IMG/VR virus record: IMGVR_UViG_3300025098_000044
Coordinates: 1-59,241 of that record
Source of the DNA: a virus
Lineage: Duplodnaviria; Caudoviricetes
Strand: one strand, 5' to 3'
DNA length: 59,241 nucleotides
Part shown: piece after piece, positions 32,467 to 42,976 of the stretch
Numbering within the stretch: position 1 is the stretch's first letter
How the letters are laid out: every line of letters starts with the position of its first letter
Program-made: the position numbers and the translations under genes
The notes under the pieces: generated by a model
Told to the model about the DNA's origin: nothing
Seen by the model: the letters and a program-made list of their open reading frames with translations, nothing else
Database searches by the model: none

Positions 32467-34284
32467 ATGCCGAACGATTTACGAATTAGGCAAATCGGTA
32501 GGGCTAAGATTGAAAAAGACTCAGCCGCCGGTTTTCAAAAGCTGACCCGTAAATATGCGGTCGAAGGTCCGAAAGCTAGTAAGATTGGTTTAGACGGCTC
32601 TTTAGATGGTGTGGCTTTGTTCAGAGAATACGGCGAACCTGATGAAGAATTCACAGATCACTATTTAATAAATCAAGCAATAGCCCCAGGCACTACTGTA
32701 GATAAAGCCACATTAACCCGTCAGTATGCACAACTAAGAGATACTTGGTACGGGTTGCAAACAAGCGAAAGCGGTCAGCTTAAAAAAATGACCCGTAAAT
32801 TTGTGGTTATTAAAAACAGTAACCATATACTTTCACAGTTGGGCGCTCCTAATTTAGGATACGATACCGAAGCCTGGAGCTTACACCCAAAGACCGGCCA
32901 AAATTCACCCGATGAAGCGGATAACTGGGACATGCTTCCAACTATAGTTAAACAAACCGAACCGGTTAATGTGTCCTATGCCGATGGTGATGCATCTGGA
33001 ACCATACCCCCAATAAAGCAACTATCATCGGAAAATGAGAACACAAGAGTTCTATTCCCCCGAGTTGTAAAAGTTCTCAGTAACACAAATGGGGATGTTG
33101 AACTAGAAGTTGTAGGCTCATCTCCGTGGAAATTGGGAGAACAAGCGTTTGAAAGTACTGAAGGTAAGGCTGAACTAGACACCAAACAAACATTTAATGT
33201 TGATGAAGAGTTTGTAGTTTTAGCGGATCCAAGATCGACTCCTTTTGCAATAGACGACCCGTCGACCTACGATCCATCGGATCTATATACATCTAGCATT
33301 GGTACGCTGGACATCGGCTCGACGCTTACACTTTCGGATTCAAATATAAAACCGGTCAAAGCAAATGTCCCATCCGTTTACTCTCAAACCGATGATGCTG
33401 ATGTTTTATACTCGTTACAAAATGCTACAAGAACTACTAATTTTGTTGAAGATTTAGCGGTACTCGAGAATAGAATTCCCACCCAGGAGGAAGCCACAAA
33501 CACGACGGTTGGAAACTTAATATGGGTAAGAGGAGCGTGTTCAGTAGACACAAGTAACCCAGGTATAGATCTGTGGACTGTCTCTTATGTGGCCCCGATT
33601 GCGTCTTATTGGACAGTTGGTTCTACGAGAGAAAAAGATATAAACCAACCCGTTATTGTGGCTTTTGACCATTTAGGTCTGAAAACATTTAAAACAACTT
33701 CCAAAAGGGTAGGTGGTTCTGCGGTATTTACTTATTTTACAGTTCAGGAACAGGTACCAATTCAGAGCTCTTCTTACACAAAGAACTCCGGATCAGTGTC
33801 TATGGATGTAAAAATCATCGGTATTAATGGAAGTAATGCTACGGCTACATTTAGACAGTCATTTAAAAATGCCGCTATGTATAAAACCGTAAGCGGTGGC
33901 GGAGGTAAGGGCGGTTCCACTGGGGTTCGTATGATGTGGCCTACAAAATACAAAATAATAGGTCTTCAATTTGGTAATTCCGTAGATTACCAACAAGTCG
34001 CCTGTTACGGAAGTGCTTGTTCTGATCAAGATTGGTTAACCGAGCCTCATTCCGACATGACCGATCGATCTTGGAAGTTTCATTGGCAAGCTGATGATAC
34101 TTTAGATACAATGAATCATCCGTGTTTTCAAGGTGAGCCTATTCAGTTAGCCGCGGGTCATATTACTTGGGATTCTACAATTTGGAACACTAGGGTTACA
34201 GCAACACCTTCGAATTTTAAAGTTACACCTATATTTTTCCATAATAAATTAAAAATCTGGAAAGTCGAAGTAACCTATTTTTAA
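32467..34284 (+). CDS. Virion/tail protein, function unknown
   Basis: 605 aa, beta-rich, in tail cluster. Confidence 0.65.
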   Translation: MPNDLRIRQIGRAKIEKDSAAGFQKLTRKYAVEGPKASKIGLDGSLDGVALFREYGEPDEEFTDHYLINQAIAPGTTVDKATLTRQYAQLRDTWYGLQTSESGQLKKMTRKFVVIKNSNHILSQLGAPNLGYDTEAWSLHPKTGQNSPDEADNWDMLPTIVKQTEPVNVSYADGDASGTIPPIKQLSSENENTRVLFPRVVKVLSNTNGDVELEVVGSSPWKLGEQAFESTEGKAELDTKQTFNVDEEFVVLADPRSTPFAIDDPSTYDPSDLYTSSIGTLDIGSTLTLSDSNIKPVKANVPSVYSQTDDADVLYSLQNATRTTNFVEDLAVLENRIPTQEEATNTTVGNLIWVRGACSVDTSNPGIDLWTVSYVAPIASYWTVGSTREKDINQPVIVAFDHLGLKTFKTTSKRVGGSAVFTYFTVQEQVPIQSSSYTKNSGSVSMDVKIIGINGSNATATFRQSFKNAAMYKTVSGGGGKGGSTGVRMMWPTKYKIIGLQFGNSVDYQQVACYGSACSDQDWLTEPHSDMTDRSWKFHWQADDTLDTMNHPCFQGEPIQLAAGHITWDSTIWNTRVTATPSNFKVTPIFFHNKLKIWKVEVTYF

Positions 34285-37200
34285 TGACAAACGAAGATTT
34301 ACAACAGGCTCTCAGAGAACTTGAAGAGCGTATTGACGGTATGGAGATCGATCTGACTCCACCCGAAGACGCTATGAGTAATTTTACCGTCTTTGAAAAT
34401 GAAGCTGGTGATCGTCAGATGATTGTCCACTTTATTGATGTAGCAGATTATGAAGTTGATCTGCCTAAGAGCAGAGAGGAAGCTAGAGCTGTTTTTCTTA
34501 AGGTTATAAAAGAGCATCAGAATCACCAAAATAGAGCGATCACGCATGGCGATTTAATGGTTCTTAATTGCCAGCCTTGTAATTACTATTGCTATGTTGC
34601 TAAGGTCGATAAAACTGGAGGAACCGGGTTTCAGGCTGAAGATAAGCTAGACCCGCCAGCAGCTATTACCGATCAACGCGGAGAGAGAATTTTGCACGAG
34701 CTTGTGATATGGACTGAGACTTACCCAAATGATGGGGGTTCTTCTCCAATATCAAGCTCTCTAATTAATATAACTGACGGAGATACTAATACTTTTAAAG
34801 TAACCGAGCTTTATTTAGAAGAACCAGAACCCTGCCCAGAAGTTACCGTAATCCCCGATATGTGGGATGTATTAGTCGAGTATAATATTGGCGATGAAGT
34901 TGAATACAACGGTAAGTATTATAAATCGAGATCTGTAAATGACGCCAGCCCGCCGGGCGAAGGTCTTGGGGGTGAGTTTCCCGATTGGATAGAAATAGAT
35001 GAGGAAGATTTAACTAAAAAAGAAGATTGCCCAAATCAAGTAGAACTCACAATACCAAAAGTAAAAATAGTTGATTCGGATGACTCCGAAACTAATGCTA
35101 ATTTTAAAGCTCGGTCTTTGGATATAGTTGTAACCCCTGGTACGGCTAAAACAATTGAGCATTATACACCAAATACAACTATCGTTGATTTAGACTGTGA
35201 TAAGGTTTTAACACCTATAATACCAGCTCTTTATACGGGATCAATCAGGTATGAGGCAGGTGATTATGTAAGCTATGCGGGGAAGTATTATAGAGCAAAA
35301 GAAGTCACAATAGACGACCCTCCCGACGATCCTATTGGTGAGGAATACTGGGAAGAAGTAGATGAAGCTGATTTACCTCAGGACACTCAAGATCCGTGTG
35401 TATTTGGTACTGCAAAAATTGATATTGAGCAACAAGCTGATATTAACGGGCCTCAGGAATTTAAGTCTTACAATATAGACACCACACCGGGTAATTTTGT
35501 AAAAGACGGAGCTCCTTTTAATATGCCTACGGTAACAGTTTCCATCGGTAATACGGGTACTCCTCAACCTTTTGACATGTACGCGATTACGCTGGCCCCT
35601 TGCGACCCCGTACCACCACCCGATTGGGATTCTAACACACTATACAACGGGGGTGAGATTGTTGGTTATAATGGTAAATTTTACCAAGCTTCAGACATCA
35701 GTCAGGGTAACTTTCCGGATGATGCAAATAATGCAGATCTTTGGACCGAAATACCTGAAGAGGATGCACAACAACCAGATCCCGAATGTGAATTTGACGA
35801 GACTTTTAATTTTGCAGCTCCTCAACTAAAAGACACAGATACCAAATCTCCAATTAATGTAGTAACTGGACTTCAGTTAGAAGCTAAGTGTAAATATGTA
35901 GACGATGGCTATGTAGAACTTTTATCAAAGTCCGATTTAGCAGAAACTGCCGAGGAATTCGCGGGCGGTACTGTCGATAGCAGTACTCTTAGATTTTTAA
36001 CAAGCCTTACTAAAAAAGATCAAAAGGACGGTGATCAGGAAAATGACGGAAGTCCTCAAAATATAATTACGGGTATAAATAGTTTAGCATTTTCAAATGG
36101 TGATTTCACATCCTCTGGATCACCAAAAAATGTGGTTTCTGAAATATCCAATATAGAAATAGATTCAGGAACACCTACTCCCGATGGTGAGTTTGAGGTA
36201 GTAATATCCGAATCTCAAGGAAGTCCCGATATTACAAACACACCCGTTTTCGAAACTTCGACGGGTTCTGACTGCGGAGGTTGTTTCGTAGTTAAACAAA
36301 CGGGTCAGCTTAAAATTACTAAAGAAACTTTTAAAGAAACTAAAAAAGTTTACGAAGTTGTAGAAACCCCATCTACTTTAAAAATAAATGGTAAAACTAT
36401 ACCTTTAGAACCGGGATACATACCTACCACCGTTTCAGCGGCCTATGCAACAGTGGATGCTCAAGGTAAGAAAAAACCATCTCAACTAACACTGGAAGCG
36501 GGTACTGCTTATTACTCCCCTATAACGGGTACTAAAGAGTTAGTTTTATCTGGTGAGAAAGAAAGAGTCACGGTTACGAACAGTACAAACCAGTTTAAGG
36601 TTAAAGGTACAACAAAAGACATTGTTCAGGTTGATAAGGTTTATGAATACAAAGGTAAACAGCTTTATATAAAAGGAAGTAAGCAGTTTTTAAACGCTAC
36701 AAAATCTACCGTAACATTTACATCCCTAGACTACAATATCGTAGTTTCTGATAACAAAAAACAACTGTATAAGAGAACGGATACCATCTACTTCAATAAT
36801 GGTAACAAACTTACTTTAACGCCTTATTTAACTAAAATAGTCCTCGATTATCAAAGAATGTATAAGCTAGATCGATCTAGCGTTTACATTGGTTGGACTG
36901 GTCATAAAAAGAAACTTACTCCCGAAGAAGCTAACATAACTTTAAGCGAAGAGTATGATGTAACTATTAAAAATGAAGATATTAAAGAAATTCATTTTGA
37001 AGAACTTAAAAAGTTAAAATTAATTCCTAAAACCTATACTTTAAAAAAATATTTACATGACTTAGAATTCACCGCTAAAAACCTTTCAGTAAGTACAACT
37101 AGCGCAAGTTTAGAATCAACAGAGTGTCAGACAGTTAAAGTAGAAACGGGGCCTACATCTAATAACGATTTTCAACTTCAATCGGGAACTGTTAATCTTA

Positions 37201-38432
37201 GTGAAACACCGGTAGAAGATGATTTAAACACTTTAGAAATAGAAGATGAAGGAACCGAACCAGGTGTTATATTTAAATCGTCAAAACTAGAGGCAACTTC
37301 CGAATACACTAAGCCCGCAGATACTAAAAAGATAAACGGTACTAAAGTAGAGGATGACACTCCACCTACACCACCAACTCCTCTAAACCGTAATGTTGCA
37401 GATGTAATAAATACGGAAACAAAGCCTAAAGATGAATACGAGATAAACCATGTAGATGTAGAGCTTGAGCCTTTAGATGACGATTACATAACTATTGAAA
37501 GTTTTAAGCTCGAAGATGAAACGGGTGGCGGTAGTACTCCATACCCAATTCAAAGCAGTTCGGTAAATGTAGGTAGCCCAGTCCCGCAAGCTGCTCAAAG
37601 AATGGATCTATTGGAAGTCGAATATGATGATGATCCAAACGGTGATTTAGGAGATGTTACAAGTACTCAATTAACAACTAATGATGGCACATCTATAGAC
37701 ACTGGCTATATAGATGGTTGTACAAGTTCTAAAGTAGCAATCGAAGATGGCACTGATCCAGAAGATGCAACAGTAACTATTGTAGACAGACATGCGGCTG
37801 TAGGTTTAGATGAGGAAAAAAAAGAGATAACCGTAGATATAGATATCCAATCTTTATCTTTTGAAAACCCAGGCACGACTACTGATTCAGATATAACCGG
37901 ACCAAATATAACCGGCATAACTATTGGAGCTGAATCCGCAACCAAAGAACTAGCCAACACCAGCGGGCCGACTTTTAAGACCATACAATTAAAAAATGCA
38001 GGTGCCGAAAAAACTATAACAAAAGCGACAACTGAGTTTGTAGAATCAGACCCTTCAAGCGTTGACTTGTTTATACCCCAACTGTCTAAATGCCCAGTTA
38101 ATAATGACACAATACATGTCCTGGACGATGACGCAACCGGTTCATCAACTGTAAGTATAAACTCTACCGCAAACATACTGTGCTTAAAAACGCAGATACC
38201 TTTCAAGAATTATACTATTGACTGCGGAGTTCTTTCTGGCGCGGGGGACACCGCAAATTATTCTTTTAACCATTGTTTTAATCTCCAACCATACTGGATG
38301 CATACTCTACAGGTATGTAATGCGAGCGGTCAGCCTGATAATATTACGGTGATGACAACTACGGATCCGTCTGTAGACGGTAATAAGGTTACGCCAGCTG
38401 GCTACACGATTCTTTCAGGAAGCTCGACTTAG
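34284..38432 (+). CDS. 1382-aa tail/fibre protein with three CBM5/12-like modules
   Basis: W/Y...Y..G(D/E).V.Y.GK.Y...W modules at ~34863, ~35232 and ~35625. Confidence 0.7.
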   Translation: MTNEDLQQALRELEERIDGMEIDLTPPEDAMSNFTVFENEAGDRQMIVHFIDVADYEVDLPKSREEARAVFLKVIKEHQNHQNRAITHGDLMVLNCQPCNYYCYVAKVDKTGGTGFQAEDKLDPPAAITDQRGERILHELVIWTETYPNDGGSSPISSSLINITDGDTNTFKVTELYLEEPEPCPEVTVIPDMWDVLVEYNIGDEVEYNGKYYKSRSVNDASPPGEGLGGEFPDWIEIDEEDLTKKEDCPNQVELTIPKVKIVDSDDSETNANFKARSLDIVVTPGTAKTIEHYTPNTTIVDLDCDKVLTPIIPALYTGSIRYEAGDYVSYAGKYYRAKEVTIDDPPDDPIGEEYWEEVDEADLPQDTQDPCVFGTAKIDIEQQADINGPQEFKSYNIDTTPGNFVKDGAPFNMPTVTVSIGNTGTPQPFDMYAITLAPCDPVPPPDWDSNTLYNGGEIVGYNGKFYQASDISQGNFPDDANNADLWTEIPEEDAQQPDPECEFDETFNFAAPQLKDTDTKSPINVVTGLQLEAKCKYVDDGYVELLSKSDLAETAEEFAGGTVDSSTLRFLTSLTKKDQKDGDQENDGSPQNIITGINSLAFSNGDFTSSGSPKNVVSEISNIEIDSGTPTPDGEFEVVISESQGSPDITNTPVFETSTGSDCGGCFVVKQTGQLKITKETFKETKKVYEVVETPSTLKINGKTIPLEPGYIPTTVSAAYATVDAQGKKKPSQLTLEAGTAYYSPITGTKELVLSGEKERVTVTNSTNQFKVKGTTKDIVQVDKVYEYKGKQLYIKGSKQFLNATKSTVTFTSLDYNIVVSDNKKQLYKRTDTIYFNNGNKLTLTPYLTKIVLDYQRMYKLDRSSVYIGWTGHKKKLTPEEANITLSEEYDVTIKNEDIKEIHFEELKKLKLIPKTYTLKKYLHDLEFTAKNLSVSTTSASLESTECQTVKVETGPTSNNDFQLQSGTVNLSETPVEDDLNTLEIEDEGTEPGVIFKSSKLEATSEYTKPADTKKINGTKVEDDTPPTPPTPLNRNVADVINTETKPKDEYEINHVDVELEPLDDDYITIESFKLEDETGGGSTPYPIQSSSVNVGSPVPQAAQRMDLLEVEYDDDPNGDLGDVTSTQLTTNDGTSIDTGYIDGCTSSKVAIEDGTDPEDATVTIVDRHAAVGLDEEKKEITVDIDIQSLSFENPGTTTDSDITGPNITGITIGAESATKELANTSGPTFKTIQLKNAGAEKTITKATTEFVESDPSSVDLFIPQLSKCPVNNDTIHVLDDDATGSSTVSINSTANILCLKTQIPFKNYTIDCGVLSGAGDTANYSFNHCFNLQPYWMHTLQVCNASGQPDNITVMTTTDPSVDGNKVTPAGYTILSGSST

Positions 38433-39119
38433 ATGGCTACATATAGTTTACCCAATTCAGCTGACTGCTGTGAAAGCGATGGTACTTTAAAGTGCCCCGA
38501 TACCCCGTGCGGGAAATGTACTAATTGTACACCTCTTTATTGCGTAACAATACCCCCATATCCTACTCTCTACAACACCGTCTTAGCTACTGACATAAAT
38601 GGAAACCCAGCTATGGGTGGGCCTCCAGATTCGCAGGAATGTTTGCATATCCCATATCAAATGGGAACACCCCCGCCTACTGATAGATGGGTAGACTCGC
38701 CTAATGTTTCAGCTTCTTTGGAAAGTATATTTACGCCAGGCTCTTCTTTTGATTGCGACCCTAACTATTGCGAAAATAACCCATACGATCCCGATTGTAG
38801 CTGCCACCCAGAAGAAGATTTTAAATGGAACGGGCAGGAAAGTGTAGTAATAAGTCGTTACGGGTGGGACTACATGGTTACTGGTGATCATTACCTGGAT
38901 TACACCTTCACTCTGCCCTGGGATAAAGAGCTCTGTGGTTATATCTCGGATACCGACGAATGGCCCAGCGTGAATTACTTTTTATATTACACAGAACTTA
39001 CCGGTTGGGTTCTTGAAAGTGGGATAACATGGCAGCTTCCGTATCAAAATCCTAATAATAATATTTTCACATATGTGGGCAGAGACCCCAGCATTAGCGA
39101 CTACTATGAAATATCTTAA
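38433..39119 (+). CDS. Cys/Pro-rich virion-associated protein
   Basis: About a dozen Cys, acidic; directly follows the fibre gene. Confidence 0.6.
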   Translation: MATYSLPNSADCCESDGTLKCPDTPCGKCTNCTPLYCVTIPPYPTLYNTVLATDINGNPAMGGPPDSQECLHIPYQMGTPPPTDRWVDSPNVSASLESIFTPGSSFDCDPNYCENNPYDPDCSCHPEEDFKWNGQESVVISRYGWDYMVTGDHYLDYTFTLPWDKELCGYISDTDEWPSVNYFLYYTELTGWVLESGITWQLPYQNPNNNIFTYVGRDPSISDYYEIS

Positions 39120-39125
39120 ATTATT

Positions 39126-39422
39126 ATGAAAACTAAAGAAGAATTAGCTAAAGAAATTATGAATATTAAGCGTTCTATGGTCTCTAATAGAAAATCTAAG
39201 GACTTTTGTACGCATAAAGAGAAAGCATTGCAGCGAGAATTAGTGACTAAAGGTTTAGAATTACAGAAAATTCAACCTGATAACAAAAGCAAAGGCTTAG
39301 GTGATACCGTTAAAAAAGTAACGGAAAAGCTAGGAATAAAACAGTGTGGAGGTTGTAAAAGGCGCCAAGAAAAACTCAACCGGTTGTTTCCTTACGGTAA
39401 AGACGGTAAAAAAGAAGGGTGA
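39126..39422 (+). CDS. Small conserved phage protein (GLGDTV...CGGCKRRQEKLN motif)
   Basis: Motif recalled from uncultured phage tail regions; function unknown. Confidence 0.7.
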   Translation: MKTKEELAKEIMNIKRSMVSNRKSKDFCTHKEKALQRELVTKGLELQKIQPDNKSKGLGDTVKKVTEKLGIKQCGGCKRRQEKLNRLFPYGKDGKKEG

Positions 39423-41659
39423 GGTACTTCCGGATTCCAAACTTCACCGGGATCGAGGCTCATCGTGATGACGCCGATCGCGGTTCCCTTCGCGTTGTCG
39501 AGGGTTGCTTGCCCCAAGGGCCGGGGGGCGTGAGCAGCGGTCCCGTGTGGAAAAAAGTAGGAGATGTAGATTCTACACTACTATCCACGGACAAAAACTT
39601 AGCCGTAACATCTTCCGCTGATAAGAATGGTAACGCCTTTATTTTTGCATCCAGACATAGTGAAGTCCACGACATCCATTTTATGCCCGAACCAAACACG
39701 GTTTTAGGTGAGCTTGAGGATGATGTAGAAGTTTACAAGTCAAGCGGGGAGATGGATCAAAGAAAAGCCTATTTTAACTCAATAGGGAATAGAACTTTAA
39801 TGATCGGAGAGGGTTCCACTGACCCGTTGGCCGTAGGTAAAGGGCCGCCGAGAGAGGAAGAGCAGAAAGTAGCATATGACGGTCGTATATACAGCTTAGA
39901 GTGGTCTGTTTTTAAAAGATGTAAATATTTCGTAGTTGGGCCGAATAAAACTATTTTTGCAGCTGGGTCGTGTCTTGAACCGTTGACGGTTTATGTATCG
40001 GAACCCGCGGGTCTAACAACTCCATTTAGAGACTCTCCTTATTCAAATAATGATATCAGCAAGGTAGACATCCTCATGTCGAACGCTACTATCATAACGG
40101 GGCTTTCCGTACTTAATAATCAGGTAGTAGTTCATACGGATGACGGATGCCATATTCTTTATGAACCTAAACCCGACCAAGCTGAAACGGGTTACAGAGT
40201 AGAACAAAAACCATCGTCGGTATTTAGTGCCGCCGTAACAAATGCAGTTGTAAATCGAGCTTGTGGATCCAGTCCTTTTTGGCTCGGTCATGACAAATCA
40301 ATTTATAAGGATGAAAGCTCAAAGCGTGGGCAAGATGAGAAAAATGAAAACACAGATCGTGACCAAGCATCTTATAAATCCAAAGGTGCGTGGGAGCACG
40401 AGCTACCACAGAATTTAGAAAACTCATTTGGTGTGTACGACCCTTTCTCGGGATCTTATATCGTATATGTAGAATCCAGGGAACACTTAGCTTGGAAAAA
40501 AGCTAACAACAAAACTATAATCGAAGAGGATGATTTTATATGTCCCGCTGACGAGGATGTGCCAAATTCCGATCCTATTATTTTAGAACACCCCGAGCCA
40601 AACCCCGAACCAGATCCAGTAAAAGTTCAACCACCAGAAGAACCCACAATACCCGGTGACCCTGTTATGGCTGAACCTTGTGGGTCTGGCGAGGTTGTCC
40701 ATTCGGGTGGTAAAAGTTACCCAGAACCGCATGTAATAGAATTTGATCTCGGCCCTGAAACCGGTGAGGTAACTTTAGAAGTAGATCCAATTGTAGATCC
40801 CGACAGGTTTGTAGTGGAATTTGATGGGGAAGAGGTAATCGACACAGGTTTCTTAAGTAAAAACCCAGCCGTAGGTGCATCTCGAATGGGCGAAGCCGAG
40901 GGAGAAGAAATTATCGACTGGGAAGAAAGTGGTGGTATTTTTAGATTTAATAAGAAAAGCAGAAATGCGATAGCCAAAATCAAAGTATACGCACCTGGAG
41001 AAAAAACTCGGTGGACTGTTAAAATGAGCTGTCCCGATCCTGATACAAGTGCACCAGCTTCTTGCCCTTTAGAAGATATAACGGAAAACTTTGTAGTATT
41101 TAATACATTTTATTTAAGGGCGGGTAGGCTAACTAAAGAAACTTTAGACTGTTTAATAGATTACTTTGACCGTGATGATCTCAGAGATGAGCTTCACGAA
41201 TTATTCGACCAATCTGAAGAATGGGGCATACCTGTCTGGATCGGTAATCCATCAGCTACAGACGCTCATGCTTTTTACGGCCCAGGTCCGTCGTCGGTTA
41301 GTGGTTTGCAAAACCAAGTATTAATAGCTATGGGTGGTGAAAAAGGTTTAATCATGGTACACGGGCATACATTACCCGCTGATGGAGTAAACAAACCATT
41401 AGAACAATTTACGGAATCATTTAGACACGAAATGGTTCACGCCGCACAAGATGTAGAAGCCGGGATAAATAACACAACTCTTGAAACCGTAAGTACGGAC
41501 AATAGAAAAGTATTTAACCAACACGGTCAAAAAGAAGTAGATACATTTTACTCAACAAAGAGCCCCCTAATTCAAGCTTTAGAGTTAGAGGCTAACTCGG
41601 CTGAAATTGATATGGACTTAGTAAGATTAGCTTTTGAATTATCGGAGGACGGGGTATGA
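39419..41659 (+). CDS. Tail nozzle (tubular protein B-like) N-terminal part fused to a Pro linker, a beta-sandwich and a HEXXH zincin-like domain
   Basis: FRIPNFTG N-terminus, propeller-like strands (VYVSEP, ITGLSV), HEMVH at 41426-41440. Confidence 0.55.
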   Translation: MRYFRIPNFTGIEAHRDDADRGSLRVVEGCLPQGPGGVSSGPVWKKVGDVDSTLLSTDKNLAVTSSADKNGNAFIFASRHSEVHDIHFMPEPNTVLGELEDDVEVYKSSGEMDQRKAYFNSIGNRTLMIGEGSTDPLAVGKGPPREEEQKVAYDGRIYSLEWSVFKRCKYFVVGPNKTIFAAGSCLEPLTVYVSEPAGLTTPFRDSPYSNNDISKVDILMSNATIITGLSVLNNQVVVHTDDGCHILYEPKPDQAETGYRVEQKPSSVFSAAVTNAVVNRACGSSPFWLGHDKSIYKDESSKRGQDEKNENTDRDQASYKSKGAWEHELPQNLENSFGVYDPFSGSYIVYVESREHLAWKKANNKTIIEEDDFICPADEDVPNSDPIILEHPEPNPEPDPVKVQPPEEPTIPGDPVMAEPCGSGEVVHSGGKSYPEPHVIEFDLGPETGEVTLEVDPIVDPDRFVVEFDGEEVIDTGFLSKNPAVGASRMGEAEGEEIIDWEESGGIFRFNKKSRNAIAKIKVYAPGEKTRWTVKMSCPDPDTSAPASCPLEDITENFVVFNTFYLRAGRLTKETLDCLIDYFDRDDLRDELHELFDQSEEWGIPVWIGNPSATDAHAFYGPGPSSVSGLQNQVLIAMGGEKGLIMVHGHTLPADGVNKPLEQFTESFRHEMVHAAQDVEAGINNTTLETVSTDNRKVFNQHGQKEVDTFYSTKSPLIQALELEANSAEIDMDLVRLAFELSEDGV

Positions 41660-42396
41660 TCGAAGATATAACAGCTCAAACAACTAAGGAAATATTAGTC
41701 GAAGGTAAAAGACCCGACTTTTTAGGTTGGGCAAGACCTCCTAAATATAAAGGATATATTTTTAGCGAGAACAATAGCTCACTTGCCGGGCCTATATCTC
41801 AACACAATTTAACAACTATAACTTCCGATCAAAAAGCGGGTAATATGTATGGAGTTAATGAGTCAAATGAGCTCCTGGAATCTAACATAAAAGAAATAAA
41901 CGATCAGGTGTTTTCTAAAGCACCTGATGATTTATGGTGGGATATCGAGTACCCACTCGGTATAGATGAACACGGTATAGTTGGTTCCGAAACGGACGGG
42001 GCTTTTGCGTACAGAGGTAAAGCTTTGCAGGCTCCTTTCCACGAGCCAATGACCGGCGAAGCATACATTACAGATCCATTATATTTTAGAAACTCGTACC
42101 TTTCTATTATAGAAACAAACTGGGTTCACTTGGGTGACGAGCATAATGAAAAACAGTTGCACCGAATAGATCTTTCTTTTCATAAAAACTCCACGGGTCA
42201 CTTGTGGGGTTATGGTAAATCGGACGACGGGTTGGTTAAGGGTCAATATAAAGGGCTTATCCAAGAGCATATGAAAGTATTTATGAATCTTCGAGGTCGT
42301 CGGTTTAAATTTAAATTATTCGTAGCTACTCATAACAACTACCCGTGGGCACTTAGGGAAATGTCAATAGGGCACCTTTTTGGAAAGTCTTTTTAA
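41656..42396 (+). CDS. Probable C-terminal part of the tail nozzle
   Basis: IETNWVHLGD...K.L.RI.L.F...NLRGRRFKFKL resembles nozzle C-termini. Confidence 0.5.
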   Translation: MIEDITAQTTKEILVEGKRPDFLGWARPPKYKGYIFSENNSSLAGPISQHNLTTITSDQKAGNMYGVNESNELLESNIKEINDQVFSKAPDDLWWDIEYPLGIDEHGIVGSETDGAFAYRGKALQAPFHEPMTGEAYITDPLYFRNSYLSIIETNWVHLGDEHNEKQLHRIDLSFHKNSTGHLWGYGKSDDGLVKGQYKGLIQEHMKVFMNLRGRRFKFKLFVATHNNYPWALREMSIGHLFGKSF

Positions 42397-42950
42397 TGAG
42401 TGAATTAATTACTAAAGCGGAAGTTAACGAGAATATAGAAATATTACTCGGGCTTCCTCGTAAAATAGAAGCTGGTGTACAAACATCTATTAATTATGTT
42501 GTAATTTGCACTCATGCTGGAACACCCGAGCTTGTGTCTAGTGAGAATGATTTAATCATTGTACGAGACGAAGAAGGTAGAGATGTTACGGGTTATTATT
42601 GGTGGGCTAGGCCGGGCAAATATACCGTAGATGTTGTTAGTTTTGCAATATGCCCAGCTATTGGGCCTGAAAAAGCTCCACGAGATCTTACATATTTAAC
42701 AAACCCACCACCTGTGTCGGGGTTAAAGAGTTACGATTATGATAAACTAAGAGCGGCTTTAGATGCCAACCCTCCGTCTAGCCTTAAAGCCGAGGATAAA
42801 TCGTTCACCCACAGATCGAGCCCTTTTAATGCAAAATTAATTAATTTAAGATTGGATATAGAACCATCAAACGCGACGGTATCGAATTTAGATTTTAACA
42901 GTAATTCAAAGTCTCAACCTACAGATGTTCAATTACAAACGCTTACCTAG
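42396..42950 (+). CDS. Virion protein whose C-terminal half is ~6 strand-A-like peptides
   Basis: KAPRDLTY, PPVSGLKS, NPPSSLKA, SSPFNAKL, IEPSNATV, SQPTDVQL. Confidence 0.65.
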   Translation: MSELITKAEVNENIEILLGLPRKIEAGVQTSINYVVICTHAGTPELVSSENDLIIVRDEEGRDVTGYYWWARPGKYTVDVVSFAICPAIGPEKAPRDLTYLTNPPPVSGLKSYDYDKLRAALDANPPSSLKAEDKSFTHRSSPFNAKLINLRLDIEPSNATVSNLDFNSNSKSQPTDVQLQTLT

Positions 42951-42970
42951 GATTAACTCTAAACTATATT
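42934..42970 (+). promoter_or_regulatory. Late promoter (TACAAACGCT ... TATATT), leaderless start at 42977
   Basis: Motif 43 nt before ATG; -10 box ends 6 nt before ATG. Confidence 0.68.
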
Positions 42971-42976
42971 TAAAAT

